From Patescibacteria group bacterium (GTDB lineage Bacteria; Patescibacteriota; Patescibacteriia; WFTA01; S139-112), in contig WFTB01000006.1 of the NCBI GenBank assembly GCA_015485695.1, positions 14,334-78,333 on the forward strand: DNA of 64,000 nt, in the 5' to 3' direction. The notes under the pieces are model-generated. The model saw only the letters and a program-made list of their open reading frames with translations, did not search any database and had not been told where the DNA came from. Shown here piece by piece: positions 1 through 8,497 of this stretch (positions are counted from its first letter, which is position 1; each line of letters opens with the position of its first letter). A program made the translations under genes and the position numbers.

Positions 1-1
1 G

Positions 2-256
2 GCTGAAATGGTGGAGACCGGAGATGACCCGGAGCATATAGTTGAATCTCGCAGACTTGAACAAACGTCCGATGCCGATGAGCTCGAGAGAATGATAGTG
101 AGAGTAATTGAAGCGCATCCGGACGAGGTTGCAAAATACAAAGACGGCAAACGCGAACTTATCAAATTCTTCGTCGGACAAGTAATGAAAGAATCAAAAG
201 GAACGGCGAACCCCGGACTTGTCGCCGATATATTGAAAAGCATGCTTGACAAATAA
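2..256 (+). CDS. gatB: Aspartyl/glutamyl-tRNA(Asn/Gln) amidotransferase subunit B, C-terminal fragment (gene continues upstream of window)
   Basis: Translation ...FFVGQVMKESKGTANPGLVADILKSMLDK matches the GatB/YqeY C-terminal domain. The ORF is open to the window edge, so the gene is partial at the 5' end. Confidence 0.8.
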   Translation, partial: AEMVETGDDPEHIVESRRLEQTSDADELERMIVRVIEAHPDEVAKYKDGKRELIKFFVGQVMKESKGTANPGLVADILKSMLDK

Positions 257-309
257 CGATTGCGTTAAATATTCGCGCATATGTTGTGTTTTATTTTCGT
301 TTTTAAAAT

Positions 310-3300
310 ATGAAAAATCCCGAACGAACAGAAAGAGAAACATGGACGAAAGAAGAGCGTTCTCGGGTAATGTACATTCGCGAGAGTTTGGGATTGAATT
401 CTCGCGATATTCCAAGGCGTGTTGTGCATGAAAAGACGGAAGACATAGTGTATTTGAGTTCGGAAACCCACAAATACATCAATGACGAGATTCTCAGTGT
501 AAACGAAAAGTTGCAAAAAGCGGTCTTTGGTGATTTTTCGTATGAGAACGGCAAATCCGAGAAAATTGATGTTGATAAACAAAAAAAATTAATCGAAGAA
601 ACAATAAATTCGGCGCTTGATAAATCTTGCGATAGTGAGAATTTTAAAAAAAGAATTGAATCGTTAAAATCAGTGATTGCCATTCCACCGGCTCTTGAAA
701 ATGTTCTTGTCGCAATTCAAAAAACAATCAGTGAATACGACAATGAGTTGAGCGGTGATGAAAGTGAAAAATTGAGAACTATTATTAAGGATATTATAAG
801 TTTGCAGGATTATGCGACGAATCTTTTATTTGAATCAAAGTACAATGAGATGACACGTCTGTTGAGCCGACATGGTATGTCAGAGTCGATCGGAGGAATT
901 ATACGACGATCGGAAAAAGGAGAGTTTGCGCGAATCAAACTGCTTGAAATCGTTGAACAAAAAGAAGAAATAGAAAAAGAAAAACTAATACGCATTCTTG
1001 AGTCTTTGGTGGGAGCGGATTCATATAAGTTGGCTGAAGGAAATTACAGATACAATATCAGGAAGTATGTGGAAATCACACCCGAGTTGCAAAAAACCAA
1101 TCTGAAATTGTATGTTTTTGATATTGACTATTTTACCGCTTTTAACGATTTGGGACATAAGTTTGGGGATTTGGCGTTGAAAAAATTGTCCCTGAGCGTA
1201 CTCAGCATAAAATCAAACATATTGCGAAACTTTTTCGATGACCGTGATTATGGCGAAAACGACAAAAAAAGAATTGCCAAATCGTTTGTAATGGATGTCT
1301 ATCGATGGGGCGGTGAAGAGTTTGTGATGTCCATGGATATACCCTCGGAAATGGAAGATTGGTTCGCAAATCGCAATTTGTTTGATGACGACAACGCGGA
1401 AGAAACCGTCACTCGACGCATAGGAGCTTACTTGCAAAATCAAGTAAACTTGGCATTTACGGAGATAATACAAGCTGTCGATGATATTGAAGGCGACGGT
1501 TTCTGCCAGAGAGTGTTTAATCGCCACCTGACTCAAAAGAGAAGAGGTGAATTTAACGCGACGCACTATGATTATAGTGATGATGAGCAAGAAAACCTTA
1601 AATTGTTGGAGAAAGCCAAACAACACGTCACAAAAAATATAGTCCAATATATAAAATTACAAAAACAAGAAGTTCGACAATCGCTTCAAAACCTTAGTGA
1701 TTCCTTGTTTTCAGGTGTTGAAACAATTTTCGAACTTGAACGGAATATTCACTTGTTTTTTCATAGCGAACCTATTCAAGACATGTATCGTGATAAGATT
1801 GCCGAGTTTTTAAAAAGTGTTAAGAAAAATGAATCGGGTTCTGACAGTCACGGAAACACGGAAGAAGCAGATTCGAAAGAATCGAGCGCGATGAATAAAG
1901 ATTATGTAATAAAAGAGCTGACCGGATACATTGAATTGAATTCTGAAGAGGCAGATGATTTTGAATCGGTGATTAATGGAGTAGTTGATGAATTAATGAC
2001 TTCGATGCCGATTAAAAAGACATACTTGAAATATGAATTGACCGCCTTGTTTGAAGGAGCGGATTCCGCCAAAGATATAGCGATAATTTTATATGATTTT
2101 TATCGTCGTGATATTATTAACGCGAACGAGCGTATGATAAGTCGCAAGCTCAAAGAAGAAATCCTGTATAAAGAATCATACAAATCATTGTTAAACAAAA
2201 TTAAAAACGAAAAATTAACACCCGAAGCGCTGTTAAACAGAGACAATACGCCTTCTTATGTTTTTAACACATTATATGAATTGTACATAAAGCCTGTTCG
2301 TGATATTCAAGAATTAAAGAACAGATATAAAACAATCAAACAAGAAAGCGGTGGCAACGCATCAGATAACGATTCGGTTATTCGCGAAATCCGGCTGGAG
2401 GTTATTGAGATTGTGAACAATATGTTGCAAATGCATAACGGCGAAACCGTATTTTCCAAATCATTGTTAGATTCGAGTGAATTCGAATCGGATTTTATCG
2501 ATAATGCGTTAAACAGCCCAAATAAAATTGATAATGAAAGTTTTGAAAAACTGCTTTCATGCGTAGACGAATCTGTAAAAAATAATAATAGTATATTCAA
2601 TACAGTTAATGACGTTTTGGGTGGCATTCAAGTCAATGTTGGAACATTGTCTGTGGTGACGGACGAGATTGAGTTTGACGTTATGCCGGTTTCGAATGAT
2701 TATCTTGATGAGATAAGTACATATTACAAATTTTCCAATCTAAGCGAAATACTGTCGGATGAAAATCTGACTGAAAAATTCGGCTCATTGGATGTTACTC
2801 TCGAAGAGGTTGTTGATAGACAATTTGCTTGGAATACCCATGATTACATTGAAGAGTACGGTCATGATATTGAGGCTATAAAACAATCACTTAAAAAAGC
2901 AATCGGTGTTGATACCGGAAGAACCATAAAAGATATAGCGCAAGGAATAAAGAGCGTGGTTGAACACGAAAAAAATCATGGCGCTCAGTACGCGTCTTCG
3001 TTTGAAGAATTCAGGCGGGATTTGAACGCCATAACCATGGCTATTCGCGGTGTCTATGACAGGAAAATACTTAAAGCTCATTCTGACAAAATTGAAGAAA
3101 GTAAAATAAAAGATTTGCGAGAGCAAAAAAAGAATACTCTTTCCGATATCGGCGAGTTCATTAAGTGGGTGTATGTTATGCGCGCGGATGAATTGATTGA
3201 CACATTGTTTGAAAGAGTAGAAGAAGCAAAAAGAAAGGGAAAAAAGAATAATGTTTACGGCGGTATAAAGCCGGTTAAAATTTCGGAAATAGAGGAAAAG

Positions 3301-4464
3301 AGAAATTTTACTTTACCTACCGATAATCTTAAAAAATCCGACTATAGCTCGGCGGAAACGGTCGATAAAATATCAGAAAAGCGTAAAGAAGAATGGCCTT
3401 ATCTGAAACGTCTGGACGAAGAGCATCGGGGTATCGTGGGCAAAGCAGGTGAAATTTTAGTATCTTACAACCCGGGTGAATCAGAAGAGCTCAATCGTGT
3501 ACTGGGTGAATTCGCAAGCCATGTAAATCGATGTACTAGAGGGGCAAAACTTCGTTTGTTGGTGGATAAACTGACGGGAGCGTTTAACGACTTTGGGTTT
3601 AGAGAGTTGGGACAGAAGATGTTCGATATAATCAAAGAAAACCACATGGAGAAGCCGAAAGAGCGAACTCCCGAGAATCGTTATGGATTTGACGATTTTA
3701 CGGTTGTTGCTCCTGATCAAGACTTGTTTAAAGCGTTCAATGAAGGTGTATCGCACAAAGCCGGTGACGTAGTATTGCGAAATATAAGTATATTTTTTTA
3801 TGAACGAATGTTAGATCCTAACGAGGTGTCAAAAGAGTATGAGAATTGGCTCAATGATTATCGAAGATCTCTTTCTGAAAAATACGGCACGGATTTGACG
3901 CAAGATCAGCTCAAAAATATATTTCCGACTTATTTCAGGATAGGCGGTGAAGAATCCATAGTGATTATACAGGGACTCAGTAGCAGAGAGTCCGCGGGGC
4001 TTGTTGAATCTTTAAATTCAATGATTAAAAGTTTCAATTCAAAATCCATAAAAAAAGAAGAACTCAATCCGCGAATTTCTAAATACCTTGAAAGAGAGAA
4101 AGGTGTTTCGAAAGAACAAGCAACGATTCTGGCGGAAAAAGTCGGAGGATTCACAAGCGGTTTGATTTCGTATTCGGATTTAGAACATATAATAGAATCG
4201 TATACAGGAGGAAAAACACGCGACGAAGAAAAAGAACGAGTATTGTACGAATTTCTTCATATCGGACATTTGCGTCAGATAGCCGATGAATTGGGAGGTA
4301 TTCAAAAAAAATTGGAACGTGGAAAAGCTCTTGGCATGTGGACGCTTTTGGAAGCGTATAAATTAGAGCACACAAAAACGCAATTTATGGAAATAATAGA
4401 AAAAATTCTCAAACAAATAACACCGGACGGTTATGATTTGGAGAAACTTAAAAGCGTTTCATAA
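310..4464 (+). CDS. Very large (1384 aa) soluble protein with two GGDEF-type (diguanylate-cyclase-fold) domains; otherwise alpha-helical and charged, with no recognisable sensor or TM domain
   Basis: Domain 1 (nt ~1100-1400): LYVFDIDYFTAFNDLGHKFGDLALKKLS ... VYRWGGEEF. This matches the GGDEF signature DxDxFKxxNDxxGHxxGD...RxGGEEF. Domain 2 (nt ~3565-4000): DKLTGAFNDFGF ... VVAPDQDLFKAFNEGVSHKAGDVVLRNIS ... YFRIGGEES. Single uninterrupted ORF with ATG start; its stop overlaps the convergent miaA 3' end by 17 nt. Confidence 0.85.
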   Translation: MKNPERTERETWTKEERSRVMYIRESLGLNSRDIPRRVVHEKTEDIVYLSSETHKYINDEILSVNEKLQKAVFGDFSYENGKSEKIDVDKQKKLIEETINSALDKSCDSENFKKRIESLKSVIAIPPALENVLVAIQKTISEYDNELSGDESEKLRTIIKDIISLQDYATNLLFESKYNEMTRLLSRHGMSESIGGIIRRSEKGEFARIKLLEIVEQKEEIEKEKLIRILESLVGADSYKLAEGNYRYNIRKYVEITPELQKTNLKLYVFDIDYFTAFNDLGHKFGDLALKKLSLSVLSIKSNILRNFFDDRDYGENDKKRIAKSFVMDVYRWGGEEFVMSMDIPSEMEDWFANRNLFDDDNAEETVTRRIGAYLQNQVNLAFTEIIQAVDDIEGDGFCQRVFNRHLTQKRRGEFNATHYDYSDDEQENLKLLEKAKQHVTKNIVQYIKLQKQEVRQSLQNLSDSLFSGVETIFELERNIHLFFHSEPIQDMYRDKIAEFLKSVKKNESGSDSHGNTEEADSKESSAMNKDYVIKELTGYIELNSEEADDFESVINGVVDELMTSMPIKKTYLKYELTALFEGADSAKDIAIILYDFYRRDIINANERMISRKLKEEILYKESYKSLLNKIKNEKLTPEALLNRDNTPSYVFNTLYELYIKPVRDIQELKNRYKTIKQESGGNASDNDSVIREIRLEVIEIVNNMLQMHNGETVFSKSLLDSSEFESDFIDNALNSPNKIDNESFEKLLSCVDESVKNNNSIFNTVNDVLGGIQVNVGTLSVVTDEIEFDVMPVSNDYLDEISTYYKFSNLSEILSDENLTEKFGSLDVTLEEVVDRQFAWNTHDYIEEYGHDIEAIKQSLKKAIGVDTGRTIKDIAQGIKSVVEHEKNHGAQYASSFEEFRRDLNAITMAIRGVYDRKILKAHSDKIEESKIKDLREQKKNTLSDIGEFIKWVYVMRADELIDTLFERVEEAKRKGKKNNVYGGIKPVKISEIEEKRNFTLPTDNLKKSDYSSAETVDKISEKRKEEWPYLKRLDEEHRGIVGKAGEILVSYNPGESEELNRVLGEFASHVNRCTRGAKLRLLVDKLTGAFNDFGFRELGQKMFDIIKENHMEKPKERTPENRYGFDDFTVVAPDQDLFKAFNEGVSHKAGDVVLRNISIFFYERMLDPNEVSKEYENWLNDYRRSLSEKYGTDLTQDQLKNIFPTYFRIGGEESIVIIQGLSSRESAGLVESLNSMIKSFNSKSIKKEELNPRISKYLEREKGVSKEQATILAEKVGGFTSGLISYSDLEHIIESYTGGKTRDEEKERVLYEFLHIGHLRQIADELGGIQKKLERGKALGMWTLLEAYKLEHTKTQFMEIIEKILKQITPDGYDLEKLKSVS

Positions 4465-5437
4465 ATTCGCGCGTTAAACGTGTGGCGTGAGAGCTATTTT
4501 CAATCCACCAAATTGTCCGGTCACGTTTGAACCATTTCATTTGTCGCCTGGCGAATTGTCTTGTATGCAGTTTAATAAGACTTACGGCCTCTTCGAGGCT
4601 CGTTTTTTCGTTTAGATAATCGATTATTTCTCGATAACCGATTCCGGACATTGCTGGCAAGTTTGGCGGATATTTTTCAATCAATTCTCGCACTTCGTTT
4701 ACAAGACCCGCCTCCACCATATTGTCAACGCGAGCGTTGATTCGGTTTTCGAGTTCTTCTTTTTCCACTTTCAGACCAATCCGTAATACGTTGTATTTCG
4801 GCTCGCCCTTCACGCGAAGTTCCGAGAGTTTCTTCCCGGTTGTGCGGATTACTTCAAGCGCGCGAATGATTCTCCGGGGATTGTGGCTTTCGACAAACTT
4901 CGAAGCGTCCGGGTCTTTATCTAGCAACTCTTGATAGAGTTGTCGAATAGTAACTTCGTTATTCTTGATTCTCAATTCTTGGTTCTGCCGAAACTGTAAG
5001 TCCGGCTTTGCTTCGGGAATACTTAGATTATCTACAATGGCTGATATGTAAAATCCCGTTCCGCCGACGAGAAAGGGGATATGGTTATTTGCGTAAATTC
5101 TGTCTATACACACTTCAGCAAGTTGTTTGAAATGAGATACGGTAAACTCTTCGTCGGGACGCGCAACATCAAACATATAGTGGGAGATAGACTCGATATC
5201 AAAAACGGGGATGTTAAATTCCGCCTTGTCTTTTGTCGTATGTTTTAATGTTTTCACGTTCTTGTGTAAAGTCGGTTTCGCGGTTCCGATATCCATGCCT
5301 TTGTAAATCTGCCGAGAATCCGCCGAAACAATCTCTCCGCCAAACTCCTTGGCAAGCGATATCCCCAATTCAGTCTTACCCGACGCGGTCGGTCCAAGGA
5401 TGGTGATAAGTATCGGTTTGTTTCGTGTATTGGACAT
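4448..5437 (-). CDS. miaA: tRNA dimethylallyltransferase
   Basis: N-terminal P-loop ILGPTASGKTELGISLAKEFGGEIVSADSRQIYKGMDIGTAKP is the canonical MiaA signature. Typical length (329 aa). Confidence 0.93.
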   Translation of the reverse strand: MSNTRNKPILITILGPTASGKTELGISLAKEFGGEIVSADSRQIYKGMDIGTAKPTLHKNVKTLKHTTKDKAEFNIPVFDIESISHYMFDVARPDEEFTVSHFKQLAEVCIDRIYANNHIPFLVGGTGFYISAIVDNLSIPEAKPDLQFRQNQELRIKNNEVTIRQLYQELLDKDPDASKFVESHNPRRIIRALEVIRTTGKKLSELRVKGEPKYNVLRIGLKVEKEELENRINARVDNMVEAGLVNEVRELIEKYPPNLPAMSGIGYREIIDYLNEKTSLEEAVSLIKLHTRQFARRQMKWFKRDRTIWWIENSSHATRLTREFMKRF

Positions 5438-5502
5438 ATTACACAGTATACGCTAAGATGAGCGGAAAAACAAAAATTTTTTAACAAAAAATAGGAGGCG
5501 TT

Positions 5503-6165
5503 ATGAAACGCAATCTAGGTGCCGTGATAGGTGCCGGATTGTTCGGCGCCTTCTATTTTGTGGGTACCTGGTACCCTCCAGAATTAATTCCCTACACACT
5601 TTTTTATGTGGCGGGGATGGACGATGTTTGGGCTATTGCCCTTATCATCGCGATATATTCCATCATTATTAATGGGGGAAAAATAATTTTTGGAGCGATC
5701 GCTTTAAAGCGAATCGCTCCCAAGGGGGTCAGGAGTTTGTACATGAGCAGTGGAGTGTACAAGCTGAAGAACAGACTCAATGTGCGATTTTCGTACATTG
5801 AGTCAATCAAATCATTGAGGCGGTTTCAGACCGTGACCGCTTTGATGATAACCCAATTCATTTTCATGGTCATCTTGGTGCGTGTTATTAATGCGCCAAG
5901 ATTCATGAAAAAGATTTGGGGGTCTGTCACCAGAACGTACAATGTTGCATTGTACGTGACGGTGGAAATGACAAACAGCAAGTCGCCGGCTAAGCGTCTG
6001 CTTGGCTACGTCATGCTGTTTGTTTACGGTTTTACCCCGGGCATTACAACGGTCGGGTTGGTGATTGCGATTTTGAATCGCAATCGAACCGCCCAAGCGG
6101 TTGTTGTGCTCGGGGACTTGTTGCGCCTATACCTATTCGTAATATCAGGTGTATGGCGCAACTAA
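5503..6165 (+). CDS. Hypothetical polytopic membrane protein
   Basis: 220-aa ORF with several hydrophobic helices. Good RBS (TAGGAGG) 7 nt upstream of the ATG. Strong terminator downstream. Confidence 0.6.
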   Translation: MKRNLGAVIGAGLFGAFYFVGTWYPPELIPYTLFYVAGMDDVWAIALIIAIYSIIINGGKIIFGAIALKRIAPKGVRSLYMSSGVYKLKNRLNVRFSYIESIKSLRRFQTVTALMITQFIFMVILVRVINAPRFMKKIWGSVTRTYNVALYVTVEMTNSKSPAKRLLGYVMLFVYGFTPGITTVGLVIAILNRNRTAQAVVVLGDLLRLYLFVISGVWRN

Positions 6166-6167
6166 GA

Positions 6168-6210
6168 GAGGAACTAACACAAAGTTGGTTGCTCTCTTTT
6201 TTATACCAAT
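6168..6210 (+). terminator. Rho-independent terminator after the membrane-protein gene
   Basis: Hairpin AGAGAGGAACTAAC-acaaa-GTTGGTTGCTCTCT (13/14 bp) followed by TTTTTTA. Confidence 0.7.
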
Positions 6211-6387
6211 ACCGCTTGTTTATCCGTGTATGTTTTACCTGTTCGTCAAAGTTTGCGCCGGACTTTTGTTTGAGTTTTTTCGCTCTTTTTCTCAACGTTC
6301 GGATTTGGTTAGTTTGTTCTGTGGCATAAATAATTTTAAATTGCAAAATTCAAATCGCATATTTAAAACAGCAAATTCAAAAAACAC

Positions 6388-7929
6388 CTAAACAATCCTT
6401 CCGGCGAGAGACCAGGGTGTTGCTTCGGATATTTTTATTTGTATGAAATTTCCAATCAGCTCTTCGGGTTTGTTATCGTCTGTTTTTAGTTTAACGTTTT
6501 TATTTGTTCCTGTCCTACCGAATATGCCACGGTCATTGGCATGAGTGACAAGTACACGGACGTCCTTGTCGAGATAGGTTTGGTTGTACGCGAGGGCTGT
6601 TTGTCTAAGGATTTCGTTTAGATCTTTTTCGCGTTGTTTTTTCACTTCTGCCGGCACATTATCATCGAGTGTTTGCTCGGCCTTGGTTCCCGGGCGAGGG
6701 GAGTATGAGGCGATAAACGCCATGTCGTATTTCGCCTCTTTGAACAATGCTTCGGTCTGCGCGTATTCTTCATCGGTTTCACCGCAGAAACCGACTATGC
6801 AATCGGTGGTTACCGATACGCCCGGAATTCGATTTCGAATCTTGCGTATGATCTGCAAATATTCTTCTATTGTGTATGGGCGCAACATTTTTTTGAGCAC
6901 CGCATTCGAGCCGGCTTGAACCGGAAGGTGCACATGAGCCGGGATTTTGTCAGAGCGAACAATGGTTTCGATGAGTTCATCCGAAAACCACTTCGGATGA
7001 GATGATGTAAAACGAAGCCAAAAGTCTCCTTGTATCGCGTTTATCACTGCAAGCAGATGATGAAACTTGAACCATTTGTGTGTGCAGAGAGTTTCATCGG
7101 TTAGCTCAGGTATGTCTTCTCTCGTCTTTCCGTGTTTTTTCAGCGTGTTGTCTATGAATGATATGAGAGAGTCGTCGGCTTTGACCATGTACTTGTTTAC
7201 AATTTGTCCAAGAAGAGTTATTTCTTTGTACTTGCGCGAGATAAGACTCTCGACTTCCGTTATTATCTCTTCCGGTTTGCGCGACACCTCGCGTCCTCGT
7301 GTGTAGGGGACCGCGCAATATGTGCAAAAAGCGTTGCACCCGGTCATTATTGGCACGAACGCAGAAAACTTATTTGAATATTTCGGCATTGCCTGCAAAT
7401 AATGTTCTTCCGCTCCGGGGATTTGGCTTATCGGGTTCAATGGTTTGCCGCTTTTTGTTTGGGTGTCGTCGTCTTTTTTTGAGTATTCTATTTGTCGGTC
7501 GGATTTTAATTCTTTTACCGTTGGAAGTTGTGCTTTTTTTGTCGATGTTTTAACTTGGGTTTTAGGTGGCATCTTTAGAATCTTTTCCATCATTACAGGA
7601 AGTTTGAGCAAATCTTTCATCGGAAACCACAAATCAAACTTCGCCGCAAACAACGGTCTGTCGGACGGAAGAACGCATCCGGTCAACGCGGTGTAAAGCG
7701 GGCGATTCGGCCTTGTTTGTTTGAGCTTGTCAAGCTCTTTTAGCTTGCCCCATATTCGGTCTATGGCTTTTTGCCTTACCGAACAAGCGTTTATTATCAC
7801 AACATCGGCATTTTGTTCTTCGTCGGCACAGTTCATTCCGTGTTTTTCGAGCACTCCGGACATCCTCTCCGAATCGGAGTGGTTCATTTGGCAACCCAAT
7901 GTGATTATGTGGTATTTCAAGTCTTTCAT
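6388..7929 (-). CDS. miaB: tRNA-2-methylthio-N6-dimethylallyladenosine synthase (radical-SAM methylthiotransferase), with a Lys-rich insertion
   Basis: MKDLKYHIITLGCQMNHSDSERMSG is an MTTase N-domain. MTGCNAFCTYCAVPYTRGRE is the radical-SAM CxxxCxxC motif. A TRAM-like C-terminus is present, and the gene is adjacent to miaA. I chose the start at MKDLKY (7929); an upstream ATG at 7971 is an alternative. Confidence 0.88.
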   Translation of the reverse strand: MKDLKYHIITLGCQMNHSDSERMSGVLEKHGMNCADEEQNADVVIINACSVRQKAIDRIWGKLKELDKLKQTRPNRPLYTALTGCVLPSDRPLFAAKFDLWFPMKDLLKLPVMMEKILKMPPKTQVKTSTKKAQLPTVKELKSDRQIEYSKKDDDTQTKSGKPLNPISQIPGAEEHYLQAMPKYSNKFSAFVPIMTGCNAFCTYCAVPYTRGREVSRKPEEIITEVESLISRKYKEITLLGQIVNKYMVKADDSLISFIDNTLKKHGKTREDIPELTDETLCTHKWFKFHHLLAVINAIQGDFWLRFTSSHPKWFSDELIETIVRSDKIPAHVHLPVQAGSNAVLKKMLRPYTIEEYLQIIRKIRNRIPGVSVTTDCIVGFCGETDEEYAQTEALFKEAKYDMAFIASYSPRPGTKAEQTLDDNVPAEVKKQREKDLNEILRQTALAYNQTYLDKDVRVLVTHANDRGIFGRTGTNKNVKLKTDDNKPEELIGNFIQIKISEATPWSLAGRIV

Positions 7930-8272
7930 ACCGTATGATTCTAGCAACATTGTTTGTTGAATACAAGCCAATGTGACATACGTTTGAGTGAACGCTTTTT
8001 TGCGTTCAAGAACTTAGAAACAACCCAAAAACCCCTCACCTCCCGAAAAATAATCTTTTCCCCGAAAATACTCTTTAGCTTTCATAAACGATATTCCTAT
8101 ATCGCTTCCTAAAGCTCCAGACTTTTGCGGAAAAAACTCTATTTTTTAACTTGCAAAGACTTTTTAGGCGGTTTCTTCTAAAAATTTTGAAGTAATCAGA
8201 TTGCGTGCTCCTGTTTTTGATTTTTGGATTTTTTTATTGCTAATACAATACGGAAAAACACCTGTTTTGGAT

Positions 8273-8311
8273 TGACTTTTGCCCAAAATTGTGCTACTAT
8301 TGACAATAGTA
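8273..8311 (+). promoter_or_regulatory. Sigma70-type promoter (TTGACT-16nt-TGcTACTAT) with a 17-bp perfect palindrome TACTATTGACAATAGTA overlapping the -10 box
   Basis: -35 TTGACT at 8273-8278. Extended -10 TGcTACTAT at 8292-8300. Palindrome at 8295-8311, read directly from the sequence. Confidence 0.55.
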
Positions 8312-8497
8312 CGGCGAGTTTGGTCCTTTTCGCGCCCATGCTCCCTCATTACAAAAAACAAAAAGTCGCTCTTTTGATTTTGGCATGACTGCCGAAGTTC
8401 AATTGAAACAAAAATAAAAATAAAAGAACGCGTACTTGTGTCTTTGCGTGTCTATTAGCGCGCAAACCTTAATGTGAGTCCGTTCGCTTGTCTTATT

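Noticed and set aside
303-683. Antisense ORFs (126 aa, 105 aa) opposite the start of the giant gene, and numerous other 60-190-aa antisense ORFs inside dnaE, the DUF5667 gene, clp, priA and others
   Set aside because: They are embedded in long well-supported genes on the other strand and have low-complexity or hydrophobic artefact translations. AT-rich genomes generate many such frames.
310-4464. Possibility that the dual-palm giant protein is a Cas10-like CRISPR polymerase
   Set aside because: Cas10 palms carry GGDD and lack the DxDxFKxxNDxxGHxxGD block. There is no HD nuclease N-terminus or treble-clef zinc finger, and no CRISPR array or cas gene anywhere in the window. The motifs are classical GGDEF.
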